Assembly: GCA_964291315.2 (NCBI GenBank)
Contig: OZ219752.1
Location: 192,001-256,000, forward strand
Source: Candidatus Poribacteria bacterium
GTDB lineage: Bacteria > Poribacteria > WGA-4E > WGA-3G
DNA: 64,000 nucleotides
Direction: 5' to 3'
Position numbers and translations under genes: made by a program
Part shown: in pieces, positions 31,456 to 40,026 of the stretch
Numbering within the stretch: position 1 is the first letter of the stretch
Layout of the letters: each line of letters opens with the position of its first letter
Notes under the pieces: generated by a model
What the model saw: the letters and a program-made list of their open reading frames with translations, nothing else
Told to the model about the DNA's origin: nothing
The model's database searches: none

Positions 31456-32016
31456 ATGAAAATGTATGTGACGATCCCGAAACTGATGATTGCCCTGCTC
31501 GCTATCGGGGCTTGCGGGTATGCCCTGCACGCCTGGAGCAAGGCACAATCGCCGGCTGAGATCCCCGCGTCTACACTCCAGCAGATAGACCTGCGGCTTA
31601 TTATTGAACCTGATGAGATGCCGACTGAACCGGGCGAGGTGGAACCCGCCCTTGTGCGCGCCAGACAAGCGGCATTGGGAACGGACGCACTTTTGCCGTC
31701 TGAGAAAAGTATAGGGGTGCCGCGGCAATCGGCATTGCTGCCGAACTACCCGAACCCGTTCAATCCAGAGACGTGGATACCGTATGAGTTGTCCGAGGCT
31801 GCTGAGGTCAGGTTGACCATCTATTCAGCGGATGGCAGTTTGGTGCGGACGGTGGGCTTAGGGCATCAGGTGCCCGGTGTCTACCGTTGCAAGTCTCGAT
31901 CGGTGTATTGGGACGGTCGTAACGATGCGGGCGAGCGGGTTTCGAGCGGTGTCTATTTCTATACGCTTGAGGCGGGTTCTTTCCGTGCGACGCGTAAAAT
32001 GTTGATAGTGAAGTAA
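31456..32016 (+). CDS. Secreted protein with C-terminal FlgD-Ig / T9SS type-A-like sorting domain
   Basis: GAGGAG RBS; signal peptide; LLPNYPNPFNPETWIPY...WDGRN..GE.VSSGVYFY...RKMLIVK. Confidence 0.85.
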   Translation: MKMYVTIPKLMIALLAIGACGYALHAWSKAQSPAEIPASTLQQIDLRLIIEPDEMPTEPGEVEPALVRARQAALGTDALLPSEKSIGVPRQSALLPNYPNPFNPETWIPYELSEAAEVRLTIYSADGSLVRTVGLGHQVPGVYRCKSRSVYWDGRNDAGERVSSGVYFYTLEAGSFRATRKMLIVK

Positions 32017-32022
32017 TCGGCT

Positions 32023-32102
32023 GTAGCATAACCTGTTAGGTTGTGCATTGTGTCACGGTTGCTTGTAAGGATTTACTTGTGGCATAACCTGTTAGGTTGT
32101 GC
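32023..32102 (+). repeat. Two REP-like palindromes
   Basis: GT(A/G)GCATAACCT-GTT-AGGTTGTGC at 32023 and 32079. Confidence 0.8.
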
Positions 32103-32127
32103 GTTGTATCAAAAATATTAAATATAA

Positions 32128-33357
32128 ATGAAAAGACGGAGAAATGGTGTGAGAAGGACAGTGTTTGTTCTGTCAACTGTTGCGGTGCTGATGTTTTCGG
32201 TTGTTCAGTTAGCAGCGGCACAATGGAAGGCGAACCATGTAACGAATCAGACAGATGAGAGTTTGTATGTGATCCATTCGACGTGGCGTCCTGCAAAGGA
32301 CAATATTCCGAGCGGATTTCGGACGCGCGGATATTATCATCTGTTGGCGGGTGAGACTCGGAAGTTTTATGCGTGGTCAGACAATAGCATCTATTTCCGC
32401 ATCCTTCGTTCGGACCAGGCGATAAAACCGAACGTTAATGAGGTGACGTTTGGGTTTTGGGTTCATCCGTCTCGCGCGTTTATGATAGTCTCGGACGAGC
32501 TGAGTGCTGCTGTGAAGTTGTCTGATTTGAGTTATGTGAATCGTCCTCGCGATGGTTTTGTTCGCGAGGATGGTTTTATGAAGTATTCGAATGGTTCTGT
32601 TGTGAATATCACGTCGGGTTGGGTGTCCGTGGTTCCGGATGCGCCAGTCCCGGATGCGCCGGACGCTGGCGGCGTTGTAGATCTGCCGGGTGCTCCGCCC
32701 GAGGGCATGGTATTGATTCCAGCGGGTACATTTCAGATGGGTAGCAACAGTGGTAGAGGCCATGAAAAACCCGTTCATTCTGTGTCTATAGATGCGTTTT
32801 ATATGGATACACATGAAGTAACAAACGCAGAATACACGGTGTTTCTCAATGCGAAGGGCAAACATGCCGATGCGGGTCAGATATGGTTGGATATCGGCGG
32901 TTTCGGCACGCGCATTGAGCTTGTAGCGGGTGCGTACCGTTCTATGTCGGAGTATACGAATCATCCTGTCGTTAACGTAAGTTGGTATGGTGCGATGGCG
33001 TATGCTGCGTGGGCAGGCAAACGGCTGCCGACGGAAGCGGAGTGGGAGTATGCGGCTCGCGGCGGTTTAGCCGGTAAGAAGTATCCATGGGGCAACACGA
33101 TAGACTCCAGTCGTGCCAATTATGATGATCATAAAAAATTTTTTGAAACAACAGAAGTGGGTTCATATCCAGCGAATGGGTATGGTTTGCACGATATGAC
33201 GGGGAATGTCTGGGAATGGTGCTTAGATGAGTATGACAGGGGGTTCTACGCCAGTTCTCCTGCTCAGAATCCCCTATCGGGTTCCCCCGATATTCAGACG
33301 TTATTAGATACCTACACCTCAATTAAATGGTTTGGTGTCTTGCGTGGCGGCTCCTAG
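32128..33357 (+). CDS. FGE-sulfatase (SUMF1, CLec-fold) domain protein, C-terminally truncated
   Basis: Signal peptide, N-terminal beta domain, FQMGS, RLPTEAEWEYAARGG and GNVWEW; ends at LRGGS*. Confidence 0.85.
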   Translation: MKRRRNGVRRTVFVLSTVAVLMFSVVQLAAAQWKANHVTNQTDESLYVIHSTWRPAKDNIPSGFRTRGYYHLLAGETRKFYAWSDNSIYFRILRSDQAIKPNVNEVTFGFWVHPSRAFMIVSDELSAAVKLSDLSYVNRPRDGFVREDGFMKYSNGSVVNITSGWVSVVPDAPVPDAPDAGGVVDLPGAPPEGMVLIPAGTFQMGSNSGRGHEKPVHSVSIDAFYMDTHEVTNAEYTVFLNAKGKHADAGQIWLDIGGFGTRIELVAGAYRSMSEYTNHPVVNVSWYGAMAYAAWAGKRLPTEAEWEYAARGGLAGKKYPWGNTIDSSRANYDDHKKFFETTEVGSYPANGYGLHDMTGNVWEWCLDEYDRGFYASSPAQNPLSGSPDIQTLLDTYTSIKWFGVLRGGS

Positions 33358-34077
33358 ATGGGCAGCAACGACGCAGATTCTCTTGAGCACGAGCAGCCCG
33401 TTCATACTGTCTACGTAGATGCGTTTTATATGGACACGCATGAAGTGACGAACGCAGATTTCCAGCGATTTGTGTTGGCGAACCCGCAGTGGCAGAAGAG
33501 CCGTATTCCGCGCAACTTACACACTGGGTACTACCTATCTCATTGGGATGATGATAACAACTACCCTGCGGACAAGGCGAACCATCCTGTCGTTGAAGTG
33601 AGTTGGTATGCTGCGGTGGCTTATGCTGCGTGGGCAGGCAAACGGCTGCCGACGGAAGCGGAGTGGGAGTATGCGGCTCGCGGCGGACTCGCCGGGAAGA
33701 AATATCCATGGGGAGATACGATTGACATAAGTCATGCGAACTACGGCAATGAGGTCCGTGGGACGACACCGGTAGGGCATTATGCGCCGAATGGGTATGG
33801 TCTCTATGATATGGCCGGGAATGTCGATGAATGGTGCTTAGATGAGTATGACGAGGGGTTTTACGCCAGTTCTCCTGCTCAGAATCCCCTATCGGGTTCC
33901 CCCGATATTCAGACGTTATTAGATAACTATACATCAGCTGGACTGTTCCACGTCTTGCGTGGCGGCTCCTGGGACATCGCAGCTGAGGGCGTGCGGGTCT
34001 CCGAGCGCTACTCCCTTCCACCGTCGTACACGAACGGCGGTGCCGGATTTCGTTGCGCATGGTCTGTATCCCCTTGA
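33358..34077 (+). CDS. FGE-sulfatase domain protein lacking its N-terminus
   Basis: Starts at the internal MGSN motif directly after the previous stop; ends RGGSW...GFRCA. Confidence 0.8.
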   Translation: MGSNDADSLEHEQPVHTVYVDAFYMDTHEVTNADFQRFVLANPQWQKSRIPRNLHTGYYLSHWDDDNNYPADKANHPVVEVSWYAAVAYAAWAGKRLPTEAEWEYAARGGLAGKKYPWGDTIDISHANYGNEVRGTTPVGHYAPNGYGLYDMAGNVDEWCLDEYDEGFYASSPAQNPLSGSPDIQTLLDNYTSAGLFHVLRGGSWDIAAEGVRVSERYSLPPSYTNGGAGFRCAWSVSP

Positions 34078-34122
34078 ATCTTTTATTCATTAACATCTGA
34101 TATGAGATAAAATATACCCTCA

Positions 34123-34217
34123 GGGCGTGATAGCAGGTAGGTTTCTGCTGACAGCTATCATGCCCCTTTTATTGCTGCCTGGAGGAGGAAACTCCGATTT
34201 CCGATGACACAATAGAT
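34123..34217 (+). repeat. 95-bp structured repeat downstream of an FGE gene (terminator-like hairpin)
   Basis: GGGCGTGATAGC...GCTATCATGCCC-CTTTT; second copy at 35433-35527. Confidence 0.75.
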
Positions 34218-34265
34218 ACTAAGTGTGCTATAATAGTCATAACGGGAAGGCGACGGCAGTGCCTT

Positions 34266-34289
34266 GTTGCATAACCTGTCAGGTTGTGC
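34266..34289 (+). repeat. REP-like palindrome
   Basis: GTTGCATAACCTGTCAGGTTGTGC. Confidence 0.7.
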
Positions 34290-34368
34290 AACTTAACCCC
34301 GATTTTACACCGATCCCGCTATGCAGGTGTGGGCAATCCAACAATCAACGCATGAAACGAGGTGAAAC

Positions 34369-35238
34369 ATGTCTAAATGGAAATTGACAACCGTTGTTTT
34401 AATAAGTGTCACTCTCTGTAGCTGCCCCCAATCAAAAGAGATAAATAACAGAACTCAGGAGGACACCGCTCCTATGGGCATGGTGTTGATCCCTGCGGGC
34501 GATTTTCAGATGGGCAGCAACGATGCAGACTCTGACTCGGATGAGCAGCCCATTCATACCGTCTACGTGGATGCGTTCTATATAGATACGCATGAAGTGA
34601 CAAATTTGGACTTCAAGCGTTTTGTGTTGGCGAACCCGCAGTGGCAGAAGAGCCGGATTCCAAGCAGTTTACACACTGGAAACTACCTATCTCAGTGGGA
34701 TGATGATAACAACTACCCTGCGGGCAAGGCGAACCATCCGGTGGTGTATGTGAGTTGGTATGCTGCTGTGGCGTATGCGAAGTGGGCAGGCAAACGGCTG
34801 CCGACGGAGGCGGAGTGGGAGAGAGCTGCGCGCGGTGGCAAGTCTGGGCTGAAGTATCCCTGGGGAAACACGATTAGCAGCACACAAGCGAACTACGTCT
34901 TTAATGTCGGTGGGACGACGGCAGTGGGTGTGTATCCCGCGAATGGGTATGGTCTGTATGATATGGTGGGGAATGTCTGGGAGTGGTGTCTGGATGCGTA
35001 TAACAAGGACTACTATTTTAGTTCGCCGTCTCGTAATCCGCTGTCAGACGTAAATACGTTATCCAATGCAGACCTGATATTAGATAACTATACACAAATA
35101 AAGTCATCCCGCGTCTTGCGTGGCGGCTCCTGGTACTATGCAGCACGGGACGTGCGGGTCGCCGACCGCTACGACGATGCGCCAACGAGCACGTTCAACG
35201 ACTTCGGTTTTCGTTGTGCGAGGTCTGTATCGCCCTGA
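34369..35238 (+). CDS. FGE-sulfatase domain (lipo)protein
   Basis: GAGGTG RBS; lipobox-like LCSC; complete FGE domain ending GFRCA. Confidence 0.9.
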   Translation: MSKWKLTTVVLISVTLCSCPQSKEINNRTQEDTAPMGMVLIPAGDFQMGSNDADSDSDEQPIHTVYVDAFYIDTHEVTNLDFKRFVLANPQWQKSRIPSSLHTGNYLSQWDDDNNYPAGKANHPVVYVSWYAAVAYAKWAGKRLPTEAEWERAARGGKSGLKYPWGNTISSTQANYVFNVGGTTAVGVYPANGYGLYDMVGNVWEWCLDAYNKDYYFSSPSRNPLSDVNTLSNADLILDNYTQIKSSRVLRGGSWYYAARDVRVADRYDDAPTSTFNDFGFRCARSVSP

Positions 35239-35432
35239 GTCTTAAATACTTAACATATTTTACTCTACGCCTGCAATGCAGGCGTTTGCGGCCCAAAATC
35301 AGTGTTTTACTTAACTGATGATTACTGATTGAATAGATTCTCAAAATGCCAGCTTCCACAGTTCAAGCCGTTCCTCTCTCCTAAGGGCTTAGAAGTTTCC
35401 GCTCGGTGGAGTTGAGCCAAAGATACAATCCG

Positions 35433-35527
35433 GGGCGTGGTGGCAGGTAGGCTTCTGCTGACAGCTAGCACGTCCCTTTTATTGCTGCCTGCAGGAGGAA
35501 ACTCCAACTTCCGACGACACAATAGAT
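35433..35527 (+). repeat. 95-bp structured repeat, copy 2
   Basis: Homologous to 34123-34217. Confidence 0.75.
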
Positions 35528-35614
35528 GCCAACTGTGTAAACAGGAAGCCTACATCCGGTTTAGGAGAGAGTCCTCTGCACAACATAAACAGGCACCAAA
35601 CTTTATACCGACAC

Positions 35615-37003
35615 TCAACCCTGCACCGGCAACCACATCAAGACCGTCGTCCCTTCACCCTGAACGCTCTCAATTTCAACGCGTCCGCCGTGTTCATCGA
35701 ATATCCGTTTCACGTTTGCCAATCCGAGGCCGGTGCCTTTCGTTTTTCGAGTAAAAAACGGCTCAAAGAGATGTTCTAAATCCGCTTCTGGTATTCCTGC
35801 TCCTGTATCCTCTACCTTTATGCAGACGCTGTCATTTTCTGTAAAGGTAGTCACTTTCAGTACCCCTCCTTGTGGCATCGCCTCTATTGCATTCAGGACA
35901 ACGTTCATAAACGCCTGCTTCAATTTATCTGAATCAAATTTAGCCTCTGGGGTTTCGGGTGACAACCGTAGCATCAACTGAATCTGATGGTGTGCCAAGT
36001 TGGCTGCCATCACGTCTAAAATGCCCTGCAGGAGCGGCGCGATAGGTTGTCGCTTGAGGGTAAGGGCTGTCGGACGCGAAAAGTCCATCAACCCTTTGAC
36101 GATGGCATCGATTCGCTCAATCTCTTCAAGAATAAAGCGGAGCGATTGTTGATGTTTTTCCGTTGCCATATCGGGTTTCTTCATCAACATTTGTGCTAGC
36201 ATCCGCATAGATGAGAGTGGGTTTCGAATCTCGTGTGCAAACGAAGCGGACATTTTTCCGGCTGTCGCCAAACGTTCGGCTTGAATTAGTTGGTCCCTTG
36301 ACTGTTTTAGGTCTAGGGTCATCTGATTGAACGCAGCAGCGAGGTCTCCGATCTCGTCGTGTGTTTTAAGTTCACACTGTTCATCTAAGTTGCCTGCGGC
36401 GACGCGCGCAGTGGAATCGACTAGCACCTTGATTGGAGTTGTCAGATTTTTTCCAATCTGTTGACTCATAAACGCGACCAAGACAAGAACGAGAATGGCG
36501 ATGCTGAACATATACCATGTGAACGTCTGTTTTGCTTCGGCGATTGCTTCTAGCGGACGCAGCAAGCAGTAGAAACGCCCGAAGTCGAGCAGCAGATAAA
36601 AAACTTTATACGGTTTTCCCGCAAGCGTAACGTCCTGTGTAACGGATGTCTCGTCTGGGTTCTCGAAACGCTGCTTGACCTGATGGAGCCGCATTTTATC
36701 CGCCAAATTCGCCCAGTCCTGCTCTGCATCGGAGAGTTTGTCAAACGTATGATAGTTTAGCGTGTAATCGGAACCGAAGATCATAATTTCAACGCTGTAG
36801 GCGCGTTTAAGTTTTTCCTGATCTTGCTCAATATATCCTGTTTCCACGATGGTATCAAGCCATCCCTCTGTTTCGCGCGTAAATTGCTCGCTGTACTTCC
36901 AGGCAAAGATTTCAATGGCTACCCAAGGTAGTACAACAACGACCACGGCAAAAAGAAGCAGGAACGGAAGAACGATTTTCGTTTGAATGCTATATCGACG
37001 CAT
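35615..37003 (-). CDS. HAMP sensor histidine kinase
   Basis: Two TM helices, HAMP, AHEIRNPL, NAIEA, DTGAG and GTGLGL. Confidence 0.95.
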   Translation of the reverse strand: MRRYSIQTKIVLPFLLLFAVVVVVLPWVAIEIFAWKYSEQFTRETEGWLDTIVETGYIEQDQEKLKRAYSVEIMIFGSDYTLNYHTFDKLSDAEQDWANLADKMRLHQVKQRFENPDETSVTQDVTLAGKPYKVFYLLLDFGRFYCLLRPLEAIAEAKQTFTWYMFSIAILVLVLVAFMSQQIGKNLTTPIKVLVDSTARVAAGNLDEQCELKTHDEIGDLAAAFNQMTLDLKQSRDQLIQAERLATAGKMSASFAHEIRNPLSSMRMLAQMLMKKPDMATEKHQQSLRFILEEIERIDAIVKGLMDFSRPTALTLKRQPIAPLLQGILDVMAANLAHHQIQLMLRLSPETPEAKFDSDKLKQAFMNVVLNAIEAMPQGGVLKVTTFTENDSVCIKVEDTGAGIPEADLEHLFEPFFTRKTKGTGLGLANVKRIFDEHGGRVEIESVQGEGTTVLMWLPVQG

Positions 37004-37281
37004 CAGAATACCTTCTTTTGCTCACAACCAGGGACGACTTCTATAAGTTTCAACGCTGTTGTCAGTATACCCTAAGATGGTTAACGCGTCAATTTCGCAT
37101 TTGACGTCGCCCGTTCTTTGCACAACACCGACAAAAAGCAGTTGAATTTTAAATTGAACGAAAACTGCACTGAGTATGTCTAATAGGGAAAAAAAGGAAC
37201 TTTTTAGCAGTTAGGGTGTATAAATTTTGCCTCGTTGTTTCTATTTGATACTATGAAACGAAGGTTTTCAAACTTTAAATA

Positions 37282-37965
37282 TTGTTCCCCATGGAGAAAA
37301 CACAAATGACAAATAGGATAGAATTCCGTACTTCGCCTACGGACCTAGAACATGCAGACACAGATCTTGATCAGGCGTGTGAGGATGAACTGATTGAGCG
37401 TTTCCAGCGAGGTGACAGAGAAGCCCTCAATCCGCTTGTTCTGAAGTACCAAAAAAAGATATACAATTTCTTGTATCGGCGCATTCGCGATAGAGAAGCG
37501 GCAGAAGATCTCTGCCAAGAGGTGTTTTTGAAGGCATTTAAAGCGCTCCCTAATTTCAAGGGCGACTCCACGTTTTATAGTTGGATCTATAGGATCGCTA
37601 TCAATTGCAGTATAGATTTTCAACGTCAGCGAAACCGGGCCAAAGTTCTCACATTTGAAGAATTATCATTTGATGCCGATGAGGTGCTGAGAATGGTGGA
37701 TTCGGATCCGTCCCCGGAGACAATCACTGAAATGGAGGAGCTCGGGCACATCATTCGCAAGGCTGTGGAGAAACTTCCACCTGGCCAGCGGCGTGTCTTT
37801 AATCTGCGTCACCGGAGCGATCTTGCTATTAAAGAGATTGCGGCTTTGTTAAATAGGTCGGAGGGGACGGTTAAAGCGCACCTGCATCATGCACACCAGC
37901 GGTTGCGGAGCATGCTGCTTCCCTATTTGCAAAATCAATCGATCGAATGGCACACGGAAACTTAA
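37282..37965 (+). CDS. ECF sigma factor (RpoE-like)
   Basis: AEDLCQEVFLKAF, FYSWIYRIAIN and region 4 EIAALL..SEGTVK. Confidence 0.93.
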   Translation: MFPMEKTQMTNRIEFRTSPTDLEHADTDLDQACEDELIERFQRGDREALNPLVLKYQKKIYNFLYRRIRDREAAEDLCQEVFLKAFKALPNFKGDSTFYSWIYRIAINCSIDFQRQRNRAKVLTFEELSFDADEVLRMVDSDPSPETITEMEELGHIIRKAVEKLPPGQRRVFNLRHRSDLAIKEIAALLNRSEGTVKAHLHHAHQRLRSMLLPYLQNQSIEWHTET

Positions 37966-38167
37966 TAAAGAGCTTCCTAAGAGGTCGGTGGGATTTCCAA
38001 ACCTCGACGTTTACGCTATGATTTTAATAAAAATAGATAGGTAGGTATACTGCTAGGCGGGAATTCGGCAGAAGTGTTCCCGTCTTTGCTTGTAGGACTT
38101 AGAGGTGTGTATCTACAACGTTGTCAGGTTTTCGTCTTCCGGAAAAACAGGGTGTATTTGATTTAAC

Positions 38168-38196
38168 TTGACAATTTTCCTGAAATATAGTATAAT
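38168..38196 (+). promoter_or_regulatory. Consensus sigma-70 promoter of the tRNA operon
   Basis: TTGACA-17 nt-TATAAT, 23 bp upstream of tRNA-Ser. Confidence 0.85.
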
Positions 38197-38219
38197 AATA
38201 TATAAACTTCAGAGCGTCA

Positions 38220-38304
38220 GGTGGGATGGCTGAGTGGACGAAAGCGGCGGTCTTGAAAACCGTTATGGCGTAAGCCATCGTGGGTTCGAATCCTACTCCC
38301 ACCG
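38220..38304 (+). tRNA. tRNA-Ser(TGA)
   Basis: GCGGT-CTTGAAA-ACCGT; long variable arm; G73. Confidence 0.95.
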
Positions 38305-38311
38305 CTGTTAA

Positions 38312-38396
38312 GGAGAGGTGCAGGAGTGGTTGAACTGGACTGCCTGCTAAGCAGTTATGGCGTAAGCCATCGTGGGTTCGAATCCCACCCTCTCCG
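38312..38396 (+). tRNA. tRNA-Ser(GCT)
   Basis: ACTGC-CTGCTAA-GCAGT; long variable arm. Confidence 0.95.
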
Positions 38397-38407
38397 TTCT
38401 ACAATAT

Positions 38408-38481
38408 GCGCCTGTAGCTCAGTGGATTAGAGCATCTGACTACGGATCAGAAGGCCGGGGGTTCGAATCCTCTCAGGCGCT
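38408..38481 (+). tRNA. tRNA-Arg(ACG)
   Basis: TCTGA-CTACGGA-TCAGA; acceptor GCGCCTG/CAGGCGC. Confidence 0.95.
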
Positions 38482-38505
38482 TTCAAATCTTATATTGGAC
38501 AAAAT

Positions 38506-38961
38506 TTGGATCGCGATGTCTTTTGGATGCAGCAAGCAGTTGAATTAGCGCAACAAGCGGCAGAAAAGAGCGAAGTTCCAGTCGCCGCAATTCTAATTAA
38601 AGAGGACAGTTTAATTGCGCAAGCTCACAATTTGCGTGAGTCCTGTGGCAGCCCCATCGCTCATGCAGAAATATTGGTGATGCAAGCGGCGGCTGAAAAA
38701 ATTAGGAATTGGCGTTTTACTGACACAACTTTGTATGTGACCTTGGAGCCTTGCCCGATGTGTGCTGGAGCTATTGTGTTAGCTCGAATTCCAAAGGTTG
38801 TTTATGCTGCAGCAGATCCGAAATCCGGGGCAGCCGGAACGCTCTATAACATTCTACAAGATGACCGTTTGAATCATCGGGTTGAATTAGTGAGTGGTGT
38901 ATTAGCAGAGGAGAGTAGTGCACTTCTGAAGTCCTTCTTCCAAAAACGTCGCCGGAGATAA
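38506..38961 (+). CDS. tadA: tRNA adenosine(34) deaminase
   Basis: EVPVAA, HAE, YVTLEPCPMC and AADPKSGA. Confidence 0.95.
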   Translation: MDRDVFWMQQAVELAQQAAEKSEVPVAAILIKEDSLIAQAHNLRESCGSPIAHAEILVMQAAAEKIRNWRFTDTTLYVTLEPCPMCAGAIVLARIPKVVYAAADPKSGAAGTLYNILQDDRLNHRVELVSGVLAEESSALLKSFFQKRRRR

Positions 38962-39103
38962 AAATGAATAATAGGCGGAAGCGGGAGTCTAAACGAGGTT
39001 TACTGTGCTGCCAGGACATCTCATCATAGCACCTCTAGTAATCTCATAAATCATGTTTCAGATATTCATCGGTGGGCGACAATCGAAGGTCCATAGTCAA
39101 TGC

Positions 39104-39188
39104 GGAGAGATGCAGGAGTGGTTGAACTGGACAGTCTCGAAAACTGTTGTGGCGCAAGTCACCGTGGGTTCGAATCCCACTCTCTCCG
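39104..39188 (+). tRNA. tRNA-Ser(CGA)
   Basis: ACAGT-CTCGAAA-ACTGT; long variable arm. Confidence 0.95.
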
Positions 39189-39264
39189 TTTTTAAGTATT
39201 TGTTACGTGAATCGTAGTGTTCGAAGAGTTAATTGCTGTCAGATGATTAAGTCTTTCAGTCTGT

Positions 39265-39337
39265 GGGGCAGTAGCTCAGTTGGGAGAGCGCATCCCTCGC
39301 ACGGATGAGGTCACGGGTTCAAATCCCGTCTGCTCCA
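39265..39337 (+). tRNA. tRNA-Ala(CGC)
   Basis: G3:U70 pair; CATCC-CTCGCAC-GGATG. Confidence 0.95.
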
Positions 39338-39476
39338 TTTTTCTTTAGATCGTCTATTTCATGTTGTTTAAGAAGTGTTGATAAGAAGTGATTTGTAGCG
39401 TGAAACTTACCGCAATTCTCATAAGTCGTACTAATCGCTGTCCGCCTCTGTGCTTCATGAGATAAATATATTTTAT

Positions 39477-39568
39477 GGAGAGATGCAGGAGTTGGTTGAA
39501 CTGGCATGACTGGAAATCATGTGTGCTGTTTTGCAGTACCGTGGGTTCGAATCCCACTCTCTCCGCCA
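39477..39568 (+). tRNA. tRNA-Ser(GGA)
   Basis: CATGA-CTGGAAA-TCATG; encoded CCA. Confidence 0.95.
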
Positions 39569-39682
39569 CTTTTAATGCAGAATTCTTGTAGCTATTAGCG
39601 TGTGGGCGTAGCAAGCTTAGATGTCCACCGGTTAGGCAGCAGGGAGCAGACTCGCTTTTTAACTATTCAGATAATTAACGTC

Positions 39683-39955
39683 TTGACTATGCTAGGTGGG
39701 GAGGTAGCGGTGCCCTGTATCTGCAATCCGCTAAAGCAGGACTGAATCCCTAGCATGCGGCCTGTTTCTGTGGGGCCTGTCCTATGCACGTGGTGTTGAT
39801 AGTTGGGTCTTGAGCAACGAGTGCTTGTTGAACCCCGTCAGGTCCGGAAGGAAGCAGCGGTAGGTAGGTTACTCGTGTGACGCAAGGGTGCCTGACTTGA
39901 GCTAACGACGTAGGCAACGCTCGGAGAAGCTTGTCAACTCTGGGTGCATAGTCAA
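39683..39955 (+). ncRNA. ffs: Large-type bacterial SRP RNA (with Alu domain)
   Basis: Helix 8 TCAGGTCCGGAAGGAAGCAGC; 5' GGGGAGGTAGCGGTGCCCTGTA; terminal helix TTGACTATGC/GCATAGTCAA; upstream of dnaX. Confidence 0.92.
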
Positions 39956-40026
39956 CTTTGAGGCGTGTTAATCGGACTGGCAACCCCCAATTCCGGAGTT
40001 CATGTCGTTTAAGGAAGGATTGTGCG

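Noticed and set aside
32023-32102. Two near-identical 24-bp repeats about 32 bp apart as a mini-CRISPR
   Set aside because: Only two units, the same repeat is dispersed singly across the window, and there are no cas genes; REP-like.
33355-33357. In-frame TAG between FGE ORFs as pyrrolysine or read-through
   Set aside because: The downstream sequence is not the missing C-terminus but the start of another domain copy. A deletion or assembly junction explains it, and no pyl genes are visible.
32377-34096. Long antisense ORFs over the FGE genes
   Set aside because: Low-information R/H/P-rich translations caused by sense-strand codon bias and duplication.
34123-34217. Hammerhead or HDV ribozyme in the 95-bp repeat
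   Set aside because: No CUGANGA/GAAA core in the correct stem arrangement and no HDV nested pseudoknot could be built.
31400-35600. Complete DGR cassette (RT, TR, Avd) in the window
   Set aside because: I found no reverse transcriptase ORF and no AAC-rich template repeat; only candidate targets are present.
38220-38304. tRNA with TGA in the anticodon loop as tRNA-Sec
   Set aside because: Anticodon TGA reads UCA (Ser). tRNA-Sec needs anticodon TCA and an 8-bp acceptor stem, so selC is not in this window.
38099-39983. Minus-strand ORFs 38099..38302, 39319..39507, 39354..39614 and 39750..39983
   Set aside because: They are antisense shadows of tRNA and SRP RNA genes.
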